Source of the DNA: an uncultured delta proteobacterium
Lineage (GTDB): Bacteria; Desulfobacterota; Binatia; Binatales; Binataceae
Assembly (NCBI GenBank): GCA_963724765.1
Contig: CAVRVY010000004.1
Location: 672,001-736,000 of the forward strand
Length of the DNA: 64,000 nt
Direction: 5' to 3'
Shown here: one piece after another, positions 21,034 to 32,007 of the stretch
Position numbering within the stretch: the first letter of the stretch is position 1
Layout: each line of letters opens with the position of its first letter
The notes under the pieces: generated by a model
The model's database searches: none
Seen by the model: only the letters and a program-made list of their open reading frames with translations
Told to the model about the DNA's origin: nothing
Position numbers and translations under genes: made by a program

Positions 21034-21049
21034 TGGCACGTTCTCCGCA
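21034..21049 (+). promoter_or_regulatory. sigma54 -24/-12 promoter (small membrane protein, possibly treY-treZ)
   Basis: TGGCACGTTCTCCGCA. Confidence 0.6.
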
Positions 21050-21125
21050 TTGGTACAGTCCGCGCGTCAGCCATCTCCATGTGGACATTGGTAAGCCGGG
21101 CTTCAATGAACAAAGAGGGTTTCCG

Positions 21126-21356
21126 ATGAAATCGCTTCTTATTATCGGAGCAGTACTCGCTCTTCTAGGTATCGTGGCCCTGGTGTTCCCGGCGTTTTGG
21201 ACCAGTGAGACAAAGGACGTTGCGAAACTCGGCGATGTTACCGTCGAAAACCAGGAAAACGTCCTGCATGTCATCCCTCCAACTGCGAGCATAGTAGCAA
21301 TCCTGCTTGGCGGTGGACTGATCGTGGCAGGTGTCGCTTTGAAGGGCAGAGATTGA
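21126..21356 (+). CDS. Small two-TM membrane protein (DUF3185-like)
   Basis: MKSLLIIGAVLALLG..KDVAKLG..; paralog of 13607 gene. Confidence 0.75.
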   Translation: MKSLLIIGAVLALLGIVALVFPAFWTSETKDVAKLGDVTVENQENVLHVIPPTASIVAILLGGGLIVAGVALKGRD

Positions 21357-21444
21357 AGCTCCCTGGTCCGCAGATTCTCAAACGGACAGGTTTCAGCAAC
21401 ACCGTACAGGGCACGCGCGTGTCTACAGCTAACGAGGTTGAGTC

Positions 21445-24384
21445 TTGTCAATAAGCGCGCGCATTCCTTCTGCTACCTATCGCCTCCAGCTCAACAGCGA
21501 ATTCACGCTTATCGACGCGACCGCGATAGTTGATTATCTCAATCGGCTCGGCATCAGCGACTGTTACACTTCTCCCATTGCTCAGGCCCGCAAGGGCAGC
21601 CCCCATTGCTATGACGTGACGGACCATCGAAGTCTCAACCGGGAAATCGGTGGTGAGGGTGGATTTCGTGAGTTCGCCCGCAACGTGCAGCATTATGGCA
21701 TGGGCATCATCGTCGACACCGTCCCGAACCACATGTGCGTCGCCGACGCTTCCAACCAATGGTGGTTTGACGTACTCGAGAACGGACCGGGCTCTCCATA
21801 CGCGTCTTTCTTCGACATCGACTGGCAGCCGCCAAAGGCCGACCTTGCAAACAAGGTCCTGCTCCCGGTGCTCGGCGATCAGTTCGGACGCGTTCTCGAA
21901 AACGGTGAAATTTCGATCGCCCACAAGAACGGAGCTTTCGAAGCAGCCTATTACGATCACATCTTTCCGGTCGCGCCTCGCACCTGGACCGCAATCCTCG
22001 AGCCTGCCCTGGCCCGCCTGGAGAATGAGCTGGGCGCGTCCAGCCGCGAGTTTTTGGAACTGGCCAGCATAGTCACCGCGCTTAGTCACCTTCCTTTGCG
22101 CACCGAAACCGAGGCCGCGAAAGTTCGTGAGCGTCAACGCGAAAAGGAAATCATCAAGGTGCGGCTGGCCGCTTTGATGGATACCAATGCGGCCGTGCGG
22201 TCGGCGGTCGAGGCGTCACTCGCCGGCCTCAACGGGACCAAGGGTGAGCCGCACAGCTTCGATCGGCTGGAGAAGCTGCTGGGTGACCAGGCGTACCGCC
22301 TGAGCTTCTGGCACGTCGCCGCAGACGAAATCAACTATCGCCGCTTCTTCGATGTCAACGATCTGGCCGCGATCCGTGTCGAACATCCCGACGTTTTCAG
22401 GGCGACGCACGAACTCATTGTGGGCCTTATCCGCGAAGGGCTGGTCAGTGGACTGCGGATCGACCACGTTGACGGCCTGCGCGATCCCGGACAATACCTC
22501 AATCTACTTCAGCACGAATGTGCGGTTGCGCTTGGCGGGGGAGAAACGTCTTTCGTTCCGCACGACGGAAACGACACGGAAAGCGATCCGGCGGCGCGTC
22601 CACTTCCATTTTATATCGTCGTCGAAAAAATTCTCGGCGCGCATGAGCGCCTGCGTGCGGATTGGCCGGTGAATGGCACAACCGGCTACGAGTTTCTGAA
22701 CGATCTGAACGGGCTCTACGTTGACGGCGCCAAGTGCAGACGGCTGATGGACTTTTACTCGCGTTTCACCCGACATCGGCGCAAGTTTTCCGACGTGGTT
22801 TACGACTGCAAGAAGCTCGTGCTGCGCGCCTTGATGTCGGGCGAGCAGAACGTGCTGGCGCGTAAGCTCGACCGCATTTCAGAGCAGCATCGATGGTCGC
22901 GGGACTTCACCCTGAGCAGTCTCGGTCGCGTGCTGGCCGAGGTAATCGCGTGCTTTCCCGTCTATCGTTCGTACGTCACCAGCGAAGGTTCGGTGAGTGA
23001 CGAGGATCGCGGCCAGGTAATGGCCGCGATCAATTCCGGCAAGCGCAGGAATGCCGCGCTTAGCGAATCGACCTTCGACTTTCTCGCCTCGGTGCTCCTG
23101 CTGGCTCATCCCGATTCCCTGGACGACGCCGCGCGCGAGGTGCGACTCGATTTCACCTTGCGCTTCCAGCAACTTACCAGCCCGGTGATGGCGAAGGGTT
23201 TCGAGGACACCGCCTTATACCGCGTTTATCCGCTTGCTTCGCTCAACGAAGTCGGCGGCGATCCAACGTCATCAGGCATTTCCGTCGAGACGTTTCATTC
23301 TCGCAATCAGCGCAGGCTTCAGGATTGGCCGCACGCACTGTCCGCCACTTCGACGCACGACACCAAACGCGGCGAAGACGTGCGTGCGCGAATCAACGTG
23401 CTTTCGGAAATACCCGGCGCCTGGGCGCAAGCCGTCCATCGATGGAACAGACTTAACGCTTCGCTGCGCGTCGAATGGGAAGGAACCTGCGCCCCCGATA
23501 CCAACGAGGAGTACCTCTTCTACCAGACGCTCGTAGGAACCTGGCCGCTCGAGCGGATGACCCCCGATGAGCACGAGCGATTCGTCAGTCGTATCCAGGA
23601 CTACATGCATAAGTCCTCAAAGGAAGCCAAGTTCCACACCAGTTGGATCAGCCCGAACGCCGCTCACGATGAAGCGCTCGCAGAGTTCGCGCGTGTAGCG
23701 CTCCGGCCCGATCCGGCTAATACCTTCCTCGCCGATTTCGTTAGCTTTCGCCGGTCCATCGCGACGGCAGGAATACTCAATTCACTTTCGCAAACTTTGA
23801 TAAAAGCAGGATCGCCTGGAGTTCCCGACTTCTATCAGGGGAGCGAATTATGGGACTACAACCTGGTCGATCCAGATAACCGCAGGCCGGTGGACTTCGC
23901 CCTCCGCCGAGCGATGCTCGAAGAAATTATCCACGAGGCCGATCGCAACAGGGTCAAGCTGGTTGAAACACTCATTGCCGCTCCACAGGACGGCCGCATC
24001 AAGCTGTACGTGATCCATCGCGTCCTGCAATTTCGCCGCAGCCATCCCGAGTTGTTCGCAACCGGAGCCTACGCGCCGCTCGAGGCAGCCGGCGAAAACG
24101 CTCGACGCGTGGTCGCCTTCGTGCGACGCGCCGAGCGTGAAAGTGCGATCTTCGCCGCCGGCCGCTTTTTCACCAGCCTCTTGAACGACGCGGATTCGTT
24201 TCCGGCCGGCACGGCGTGGTCAGACACGAAACTCATACTGCCAGCCGATCTTGCGGCGCGACGCTACGTCGATCTGTTCACGGGTTGCGAGGCCAGCGTG
24301 CAGCCGGGGGAAGGCGCGGCGTGGCTGCCGATGGAGGAGGCGTTCGCGCGAATGCCGATCGCGATGCTCGTGCCGGCGGCTTGA
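21445..24384 (+). CDS. treY: Maltooligosyl trehalose synthase
   Basis: [77 protein letters not shown]. Confidence 0.96.
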   Translation: MSISARIPSATYRLQLNSEFTLIDATAIVDYLNRLGISDCYTSPIAQARKGSPHCYDVTDHRSLNREIGGEGGFREFARNVQHYGMGIIVDTVPNHMCVADASNQWWFDVLENGPGSPYASFFDIDWQPPKADLANKVLLPVLGDQFGRVLENGEISIAHKNGAFEAAYYDHIFPVAPRTWTAILEPALARLENELGASSREFLELASIVTALSHLPLRTETEAAKVRERQREKEIIKVRLAALMDTNAAVRSAVEASLAGLNGTKGEPHSFDRLEKLLGDQAYRLSFWHVAADEINYRRFFDVNDLAAIRVEHPDVFRATHELIVGLIREGLVSGLRIDHVDGLRDPGQYLNLLQHECAVALGGGETSFVPHDGNDTESDPAARPLPFYIVVEKILGAHERLRADWPVNGTTGYEFLNDLNGLYVDGAKCRRLMDFYSRFTRHRRKFSDVVYDCKKLVLRALMSGEQNVLARKLDRISEQHRWSRDFTLSSLGRVLAEVIACFPVYRSYVTSEGSVSDEDRGQVMAAINSGKRRNAALSESTFDFLASVLLLAHPDSLDDAAREVRLDFTLRFQQLTSPVMAKGFEDTALYRVYPLASLNEVGGDPTSSGISVETFHSRNQRRLQDWPHALSATSTHDTKRGEDVRARINVLSEIPGAWAQAVHRWNRLNASLRVEWEGTCAPDTNEEYLFYQTLVGTWPLERMTPDEHERFVSRIQDYMHKSSKEAKFHTSWISPNAAHDEALAEFARVALRPDPANTFLADFVSFRRSIATAGILNSLSQTLIKAGSPGVPDFYQGSELWDYNLVDPDNRRPVDFALRRAMLEEIIHEADRNRVKLVETLIAAPQDGRIKLYVIHRVLQFRRSHPELFATGAYAPLEAAGENARRVVAFVRRAERESAIFAAGRFFTSLLNDADSFPAGTAWSDTKLILPADLAARRYVDLFTGCEASVQPGEGAAWLPMEEAFARMPIAMLVPAA

Positions 24385-24394
24385 GAGAAGCCTG

Positions 24395-26275
24395 ATGAAT
24401 TGTCGAAAGAAGGAAGACCGGATTCGGCGTCTCGAATTCGGCGCCAATTTGACCGAGGGGGGCGTCCTCTTTCGGGTGTGGGCGCCGCTGGCGGCGCGTC
24501 TCTCCGTCGGCCTTACCAGCCCGCGCCGCGCGGTCCTGCCTATGGATCGGGACGCGGACGGCATCTTCAGCGCATTCGCAAAAGATCTGGCGGCCGACGC
24601 GGAGTACTACTATGAATTTGCGCCCGACCGCCGGCGTCCCGATCCGGTCTCGCGTTTTCAGCCGCGCGGAGTCCATGACGCTTCTCGAATCGTCGACCCG
24701 GACGCCTTCATCTGGACCGATCAGGACTGGAAAGGGCGTGCTCTGGAAGATTTCATAATCTACGAACTTCATACCGGAGCCTTCACGCCCCAGCGAACGT
24801 TCGAGGGCGTAATCGACCGGCTAGCCTACCTGCGCGAACTCGGCATCACGGCGATCGAGCTTATGCCGGTTGCGGCGTTTCCCGGCTCTCGCAATTGGGG
24901 TTACGACGGCGCCTATCTTTATGCCCCGCATGCCGAATATGGAGGACCTGTCGGACTCAAGCGGTTGGTCGACGCCTGTCATCGCGAGGGACTCGCCGTC
25001 GTGCTTGACGTCGTCTACAACCACCTGGGCCCGGAAGGAAATTATCTTGGCGAGTACGGCCCATACTTTACCGACCGCTATCGAACGCCATGGGGCGCGG
25101 CGATCAACTTCGACGGTCCGCAGAGCGACGCGGTAAGACGCTTCTTCATCGACAATGCTCTATACTGGCTCACTGAGTACCACGTCGACGCGCTACGGCT
25201 CGATGCGGTTCACGAGATCTTCGACTTCGGCGCGTGGCATGTACTGCGCGAGATGGCCGAGGCCTTTCATCGGCAGGCACGGCTGCTCGGGCGCAATGCG
25301 TGGCTTATCGCCGAGAGCGATTTGAATGATCCACGCGTGATCAATTCATCCACAATAGGCGGTCATGGGCTCGATGCTCAATGGAATGACGATTTTCACC
25401 ATTCACTACATACCCTGCTGACCGATGCCAGGAATGGCTATTTCGCCGACTTCGGCCGGATCGCGGATCTGCGCAAGGCGATAACGGAGGGATTCGTCTA
25501 TGACGGTCGCCGATCGGCTTATCGTCAGCGCCGCCATGGGGCTTCGTCCGCGTCGAATCCCGGCCGGCAATTCGTCATGTTCAATCAGAATCACGACCAG
25601 ATCGCCAATGCGGATGGGGGGCGGCGCCTCGCCGAGCTACTTGTGCCCGACCAGCAGAAGCTTGCGGCGGTGATCCTGATCTGCGCGCCTGGCCTGCCGA
25701 TGCTCTTCATGGGCGAGGAGTTCGGGGCCTCGTCACCCTTCAACTATTTTACCAGCTTCACCGAGCCGACGCTGGCCAACGCGGTATCCGAGGGACGCAG
25801 GCGCGAATACGGGGCCTTTTTCACGGACCGGGCCTTCCCCGATCCCCAGGCGCCCGAAACTCTCGCCGGCTCGCAAATTGATTGGGCGGAACCCGCGCTC
25901 TCGCCGCATCGCGAGTTGCTCGCTCTCCACCGCGCGCTCATCGTGCTCCGCAAGGGGAATCGTTGCTTGTCCAACTGCCGCAAAGACTTGACTGACGTTA
26001 GCTTCAGCGAGGATGAGCGATGGATGGTAATCCGGCGGGGCGATCCGTCGGGTAAAATCACCCTGGTATTGTGCAACTTGAGTTCGGAGACGCGCACAAT
26101 ACCGATGCCGTGCGAGGGTTCGGACTTCCGGCTCGCGCTCTTTACGGGCGAGCCGCGATTCGGTGCAATGGCTGCGGCTGCGTCGCCGCCTGCCCTCCTC
26201 CATTCTTCCAGCGCCGGAATCGATCTCGATCCATTCAGCGCGGCCATTTATTTCGGCGGTACCAGCCACTCATAA
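24395..26275 (+). CDS. treZ: Maltooligosyl trehalose trehalohydrolase
   Basis: FRVWAP, PDPVSRFQP.GVH, RNWGYDG, YNHLGPEGNYL, LRLDAVH, QWNDDFHH, QNHDQI, GRRRE. Confidence 0.95.
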   Translation: MNCRKKEDRIRRLEFGANLTEGGVLFRVWAPLAARLSVGLTSPRRAVLPMDRDADGIFSAFAKDLAADAEYYYEFAPDRRRPDPVSRFQPRGVHDASRIVDPDAFIWTDQDWKGRALEDFIIYELHTGAFTPQRTFEGVIDRLAYLRELGITAIELMPVAAFPGSRNWGYDGAYLYAPHAEYGGPVGLKRLVDACHREGLAVVLDVVYNHLGPEGNYLGEYGPYFTDRYRTPWGAAINFDGPQSDAVRRFFIDNALYWLTEYHVDALRLDAVHEIFDFGAWHVLREMAEAFHRQARLLGRNAWLIAESDLNDPRVINSSTIGGHGLDAQWNDDFHHSLHTLLTDARNGYFADFGRIADLRKAITEGFVYDGRRSAYRQRRHGASSASNPGRQFVMFNQNHDQIANADGGRRLAELLVPDQQKLAAVILICAPGLPMLFMGEEFGASSPFNYFTSFTEPTLANAVSEGRRREYGAFFTDRAFPDPQAPETLAGSQIDWAEPALSPHRELLALHRALIVLRKGNRCLSNCRKDLTDVSFSEDERWMVIRRGDPSGKITLVLCNLSSETRTIPMPCEGSDFRLALFTGEPRFGAMAAAASPPALLHSSSAGIDLDPFSAAIYFGGTSHS

Positions 26276-26293
26276 TCTATCGTATCGGGCGTC

Positions 26294-29200
26294 TCATTCC
26301 TGATTTCGCGCCTGATTCCGCTCCTGATTCCGCGCGATTCCGCGAAGCGGCGGACGATCGTCGTCGCCGCTCTCGGCCACTATCAGATGCGGCAGATATA
26401 ACCGCACGGTGGTGCCCTGCCCCTCCTCGCTATCGATCTTCACGTGGCCGCCGGATTGCTTGACGAACCCGTACACTTGCGAAAGTCCGAGACCGGTGCC
26501 CTGCCCGATTTCCTTGGTGGTGAAAAAGGGATCGAAGGCGCGCTCGAGGACTTCCTTGCTCATCCCGATACCATCATCGGTGACCGCGATCATCACGTAC
26601 CGGCCCTCCGGCAATTCGTCGTGCCGGGACGAGTATTCGCCGTCAAGGTAGGTATTGGCGGTTTCGATTGTAACTTTACCGCCATCCGCCATCGCATCGC
26701 GGGCGTTGACGGCGAGGTTCAAAATCGCGCTTTCGAGCTGATTATGGTCGGCGGAAACTCGCCACAGGTCCGGCCGCCAGCACCATCTCGACTTCAATAT
26801 TATCGCCCACCGTGGTGCGCAACAGTTCTGACATGCCGGTGACGAGCCGATTCACATCGAGGGATTCGGGTCTGAGCGGCTGCTTGCGGGCGAAAGCCAG
26901 CAGGCGCTGGGTCAGAGTCGCGGCGCGCTGTCCGCCGCGCGTGGCGGCATCGGTGAGCCGGAGCAAATCCTCACCGACCGCGAAGTCGGACCGCACGACG
27001 CGGCGGCGCAAGGCGTCAAGGTTGCCCATGATCACCTGCAGCAGATTGTTGAAGTCGTGAGCGACGCCGCCCGTGAGCTGTCCGATCAGCTCCAGCTTCT
27101 GCGCCTGGCGAAACGCCTCCTCGGCCTGCAGCCGCTCCTGGATTTCGGCCGCCACCCGCTGCTCGAGGGTTTCGTTCAGGCGCAGCAAATTGTCCTCCGC
27201 CAGGCGGCGATCGTTGATGTCCTGCACGATCAGAACCACGTATTGCGCTCCACCATCGGGGTCGGTCTAGCAGCGACACACTATTGGCAATCCAGGCGAT
27301 CGATCCGTCGGGGCGCACCTTGCGCACCTCGATCGTAAAGGGCCGCCCCATTTCGAACATCCGATCCAGCAGTTCGTTGAAGCGGGGAACGTCCTCGGAA
27401 TAGGTAAGCTCGATCAGCCGCATGCCGAGCAGCTCCTGCATCGAGCGGCCGACGATCTCGCAGTATTTCCGGTTCACCAGCACGTAGCGGCCCGAAAGAT
27501 CGATCTGCGCGATCCCTACGTTGGCTTCGGCGAAAATCGACCGGAGCCGCTGCTCGCTGTCCTGCAGGATGCGCGCGGCGCGGCGGCGTTCGCCAGCGAG
27601 ATTGATGTTGCTGCGCACCCGGGCGAGCAGCTCGCGCGCGCTGAAGGGCTTGAGCAGGTAATCGTCGGCGCCCGCCTCGATCCCCTCGATGCTGGCCTCC
27701 TCGCCGGCCCGCGCCGACAGCAATACCACCGGCACGTCGCTTAGCGCCGGATCGGCCCGCACCTCGCGCAGCACACCGAAACCATCGAGCCGCGGCATCA
27801 TCACGTCGCTCAGGATCAGATCGGGGCGGCGGCGCCGTGCCGCTGCCAACGCCTCCTCGCCATTGACCACGGTCTCGACTGTGTAGCGGTCCGAGAGCAG
27901 CTGGCACAGGTAGTCGAGCATATCGCCGTTGTCATCGGCCACCAGCACGAATGGCCGCTCGCCGCCCGGCATGGTAACTGTGACCGGCTCGAGCAGTTCT
28001 GCTTGAATTTCGATCTCCGGCCGCAACTGCTCGCCCGGCAACCATCGCAGCGCCTCTTCCACAAAGGCCTCGGCGCGATGTGCCGTCGAGGGCACTGTAC
28101 GCGCCGCGCCGATAGCCGCGGCTGGCAAATGAGCTTTGCCCACCGGGATCGAAACCGTAAAGCATGAGCCCTGCCCGGGAGCGCTGGTGACCTCGACGGT
28201 GGCACCGTGCAGGCGCGCCAGCTCCTGGACCAACGCGAGCCCAATGCCAGTGCCCTCATGCGTGCGGCCGTGCTGGCCCTCGATCCGGTGAAATCGCTCG
28301 AAGAGCCGCGGCAGTTCTTCCCTGGGAATTCCCCGTCCGGTGTCTCGAACGCGCAGCTCGACGCGGCGGTGGTCGGCGGACTCGCCCAGCGAAACCTCGA
28401 CCTCGCCTTCGAAGGTGTACTTGAACGCGTTCGAGATCAGGTTGAGGACGATCTTCTCCCACATGTCACGGTCAACGAAGGTCGGCTCCGTCACTGGTCG
28501 GCAATCGATCAAGTAGCGCAAGCCGGCCTTGTCCATCGCCGATTGAAACGTGCCGGCGAGGTCGGCGGTGTAGGCGGCAAGGTCAATCGGCTCGTAGAGC
28601 GCTTGAATCCTGCCCGCCTCCAGGCGCGAGAAATCGAGCAGCGTGTTGACGAGCTTCAAGAGCCGCAGACCATTGCGATACACCAGGTCAATCCATCCCC
28701 GCTCGACGGTGACCACACCGGGCTGAGTACTGCGCGACAGCACCTCCTCGAGCGGACTTAGCATCAGGGTGAGCGGCGTGCGGAACTCGTGGCTGGCATT
28801 CGAAAAAAAGGCGGTCTTCGCGCGGTCGATCTCGGCCAGCGCCTCTGCACGGCGCTTCTCGCGCTCATAGGCGCGCACGTCAGCCAGACCTGCCGCAATC
28901 TGCCCGGCCAGCAGATCGATAAATCCGCGGTACTCGTCATCCAGCGGACGGTGCGGGTTCAGGCCGATGATCATCACTCCGGCAGGCTGGTTCTGCGCCT
29001 GCTCCGCGATCGGAACGACGATCGCCTGTCGCGGCGGGATATTCCAGTCTCCGGTCGGCAAATCGCCGAAACGCACAGCCAGATCGTCAACGATCACGGC
29101 CTTCGAATCCGCAAGCGCCCGCTTAATCGGCCACTCGCCCGCATCCAACAGCAGTACGGAAGGCGCAGCGCGATGATTCGCGTGAATCCCAGAGCTGCAG

Positions 29201-29862
29201 GCCAGCTCAGCGTGCTCGCCGTCTTTCTGCATCAGATAGACGAGCGTGAACGGAACGTCGCGCTGATTTGTGGCCAGGCATTCGCTTACCGCGGCGAACA
29301 GGTTTGCGGCAGTCTGCCGGTTTGCGATCCGCGCACCGATGTCACGCAACAGGTGCAGACGCCGCTCGCCGATGAAGCGATCCGTGTCCTCGATAACCAC
29401 GCAAAGATGCCCGCCGATACCGCCCTCGTCGTCGGGCAACGGACTGTAAGAAAAAGTATGGAAGGTTTCTTCGGGATATCCCGAACGGTGAAGAATCAGC
29501 GGTAGATCTTGGTCATAAGTGGCGCGGCCGGTCGTCATGACCCCTTCGATCCGAGGCCCGATATCGTTCCAGATTTCATTCCATACCTTGCGCGAGGGCT
29601 TGCCCAGGGCCCACGGATGCTTGGTCCCAAGCGTCGGCTGGTAAGCATCGTTGTAGAAAAATGTCAGCTCGGGGCCCCATCCCATCCACATCGCGTAGCG
29701 GGAACCAAGCATGATCTGAACTGCCGTCCTCAGGCTCTGCGGCCACGACGTGGGCGGGCCGAGCGGCGTCTGCGACCAATCGAACTCGCGCATGCGCCGC
29801 ACCATCTCGCCGCCGCCCCCGAACAACTCAGCGCGCCTGGTTCTGCCGATGGCCGATCCCAT
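26294..29862 (-). pseudogene. Large PAS/GAF dual hybrid histidine kinase, two frameshifts, C-terminus truncated
   Basis: DWSQTPLGP..WPQSL N-terminus, SHEFRTPL, HATPase, REC, PAS; frameshift ~27268; second HisKA AHDFNNLL; frameshift ~26768; QLESAILNLAVNARDAM..GTGLGLSQVYGF; no terminal REC. Confidence 0.85.
26299..26344. repeat. 12-bp tandem repeat x3-4
   Basis: CCTGATTTCGCG CCTGATTCCGCT CCTGATTCCGCG CGATTCCGCG. Confidence 0.75.
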
Positions 29863-30021
29863 TATGATATCCAGCCGAAAATTTGGACCTCTTCCTACCA
29901 GGTGATCCAGCAATCAGTCTATCCGATGCGCGCGAATCAGACGAGCAAGCGGCGTGATAGCGCACGATTGCGGCGGTACGCAATTCGCATCCGTGCACCG
30001 ACACAGCCGCTTCTTTAACGT

Positions 30022-30037
30022 AGCGAAATCAATGCCG
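30022..30037 (-). promoter_or_regulatory. sigma54 -24/-12 promoter (hybrid kinase)
   Basis: Minus strand CGGCATTGATTTCGCT. Confidence 0.5.
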
Positions 30038-30068
30038 AGGGACAGCACTAGACCGTGATCTCATCGGG

Positions 30069-30130
30069 ACAGAAATACTGATTCATTGGAAACAGAAATA
30101 CTGACTCATGGAGACGAAAATACTGACTGC
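30069..30130. repeat. Three direct repeats with core AAATACTGA, 22-23 bp period
   Basis: Cores at 30073, 30096 and 30118 in the divergent intergenic region. Confidence 0.8.
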
Positions 30131-30246
30131 GATGGCGCTAGAGGGATCTTTAGACATTGCAACGGCGCTTATTTGCTTGACGACCCGTTTACTTACGCTT
30201 AATTGCCTGTCAGCATGAATCTGATTCCACAGCCAACCGCAAACCT

Positions 30247-30648
30247 GTGCTGACATTTTTACATAGAGAAAACGGATTGAGTGCAGCCAGCCTTTTGTTA
30301 GTTGACGATAACGACGACGTTCGCGAAGTTACCGCATTGCTGTTGCGCGATAGCGGATACGATGTGATCGAGGCACCCGGCGGCAGCGCCGCCTTGGCCG
30401 AGATCGACGCCAATCCTGCGATCGATCTGCTGATTGTCGATTTTGCAATGCCGGGGATGTCGGGAATCGAGCTGCTTGAACGAGCACGCGCCAAGCGTCC
30501 GGAAATCAGGGCGGTGTTCATCACCGGTTATGTTGATCACACTTCGGTCAAAGGCAAGTTCACCGACGAAATCGTGGTCAGAAAGCCCTTTACGATGGAC
30601 CAGCTCGCGCCCGCGGTGCGCAAGGCGTTGGGCCAATCAGAGGGGTGA
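30247..30648 (+). CDS. Single-domain response regulator
   Basis: LLLVDD..DLLIVDFAMPGMSG..FITGY..KPF; start could be TTG 30277. Confidence 0.88.
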   Translation: MLTFLHRENGLSAASLLLVDDNDDVREVTALLLRDSGYDVIEAPGGSAALAEIDANPAIDLLIVDFAMPGMSGIELLERARAKRPEIRAVFITGYVDHTSVKGKFTDEIVVRKPFTMDQLAPAVRKALGQSEG

Positions 30649-31053
30649 ACGCACCACTTGCGCCAGGGGCCAGCGCCTGCCCCAAATTAATCGCGCTTCG
30701 GAAAACCTTACCGGCACCAACCATTTCCAAGCCGATTTTATGGCTCTGATATCGATACCTGCATTTAACTGTCGCGATTTTTCCATCGCTCAGGTCACCG
30801 GCTCAGCCCTCGAGCACGTTGTTCGTCGCACTCGACATTGTTGATGCACCTCGTCGATAGGACCGAGTTCGGCTCTATCGAACTGTAGGTTGATCCGCGC
30901 GAGCCGGTACTTGATCCATACGCCAGGCTTTCAGTCCTCGATCATTCTTCACATGGCTGGGCCTCCCGGACTTCTTTCAAGCGAGCTGAAAAAGATTCAA
31001 CGCGTCAGCACGGTCATCAACATTTCTCACAATTCATAATGGGGTCTTTCCGA

Positions 31054-31069
31054 CGGCACAATTGTTGCT
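31054..31069 (+). promoter_or_regulatory. sigma54 -24/-12 promoter (CsbD)
   Basis: CGGCACAATTGTTGCT. Confidence 0.7.
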
Positions 31070-31130
31070 CACCTTTACTTTGATCGCGAAAAACAACCTC
31101 TGCCGCGCGCAGACCAAAGGGGTAGACCTA

Positions 31131-31322
31131 ATGAATCAGGATCAAATCAAGGGCAAATGGAATCAGCTCAAGGGCGAAGTCAAGAAGAAGTGGGCCAAGA
31201 TGACCGACGATGACTTTCTGGAAGTCGAAGGCGACATGGACAAGCTCACCGGCAGAATCCAGGAACGGACTGGCGACAAGAAGGAAGACATCCGTAAGTG
31301 GCTTAACGAGCAACATCAGTAA
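31131..31322 (+). CDS. CsbD/YjbJ family general stress protein
   Basis: MNQDQIKGKWNQLKGEVKKKWAKMTDDD..GRIQERTG. Confidence 0.93.
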   Translation: MNQDQIKGKWNQLKGEVKKKWAKMTDDDFLEVEGDMDKLTGRIQERTGDKKEDIRKWLNEQHQ

Positions 31323-31329
31323 TTGTGGT

Positions 31330-31386
31330 GTGGGCGCGGCGTTCAGTAATCTTTGTGCTCTACTCTTTCTGGGCGCCGCGCCCCAC
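31330..31386 (+). other. Long GC stem with pyrimidine-rich loop 3' of CsbD
   Basis: GTGGGCGCGGCGTTCAG...CTGGGCGCCGCGCCCCAC. Confidence 0.6.
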
Positions 31387-31409
31387 TAACTACTCTAAGA
31401 GGTAAACAA

Positions 31410-31490
31410 ATGCGATATCTGATAGCATGGCTGCTCGGAGTCCCTATTTCAATACTTGTGCTGTGGTATGTAATCGTTCATTTACTTTAG
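31410..31490 (+). CDS. 26-aa single-TM micropeptide (not in ORF track)
   Basis: GAGG RBS; MRYLIAWLLGVPISILVLWYVIVHLL, with a WLLGVPI motif. Confidence 0.7.
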   Translation: MRYLIAWLLGVPISILVLWYVIVHLL

Positions 31491-32007
31491 CGAGTTTGCC
31501 TGAACGACTTCGAACACTTGCGGAATACAATACCTCGCCTACAGGACACGGCACAATCCCACAAATGCGCCAATTACCTGCTAAATGAAGCGAGTGCGGT
31601 TGATACTTTCGGCCTACCATGCATTTGAAGAGTTTTGCGTTGCCGCGAATGGGTACCGATCTTAATTGGAAGGATGTCGGGAAGTATGTCGAACCGATCT
31701 CGGGCTTCAATCTTGGGTCGGAACCGAGGATTGGTCGGCAAGATGAAAGACCGAGTTCCGTACATCGATGCCGTACAAGGTCTGTCCGAACCCATTTTCA
31801 TAGTGACTTCGCACGGCGCTCTGTTGAATGCCAACTCCGCCGGCCTCAGCATGGTCGGGCTAGCGGCCGTCGCCAGCACACTCCTCCGGGTGTGCGCAGA
31901 ACATTCTCTCGCTATTCCGGCCGAAAACCCATTGTAGATCGGGTTCGCGAACCCCCGGCCCGCTCCTGAAGCTGCGATATTCCCGAGCGATACTCACACC
32001 GGCATTG

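Noticed and set aside
30069-30130. Possible mini-CRISPR array
   Set aside because: Repeats ~13 bp and spacers ~10 bp are far too short; no cas genes
30163-30177. sigma54 box CGGCGCTTATTTGCT before the response regulator
   Set aside because: GG-GC spacing is 9, not the required 10
31743-31937. PAS-like fragment (LSEPIFIVTSHGALLNANSAG)
   Set aside because: Too short and weak to call without a search
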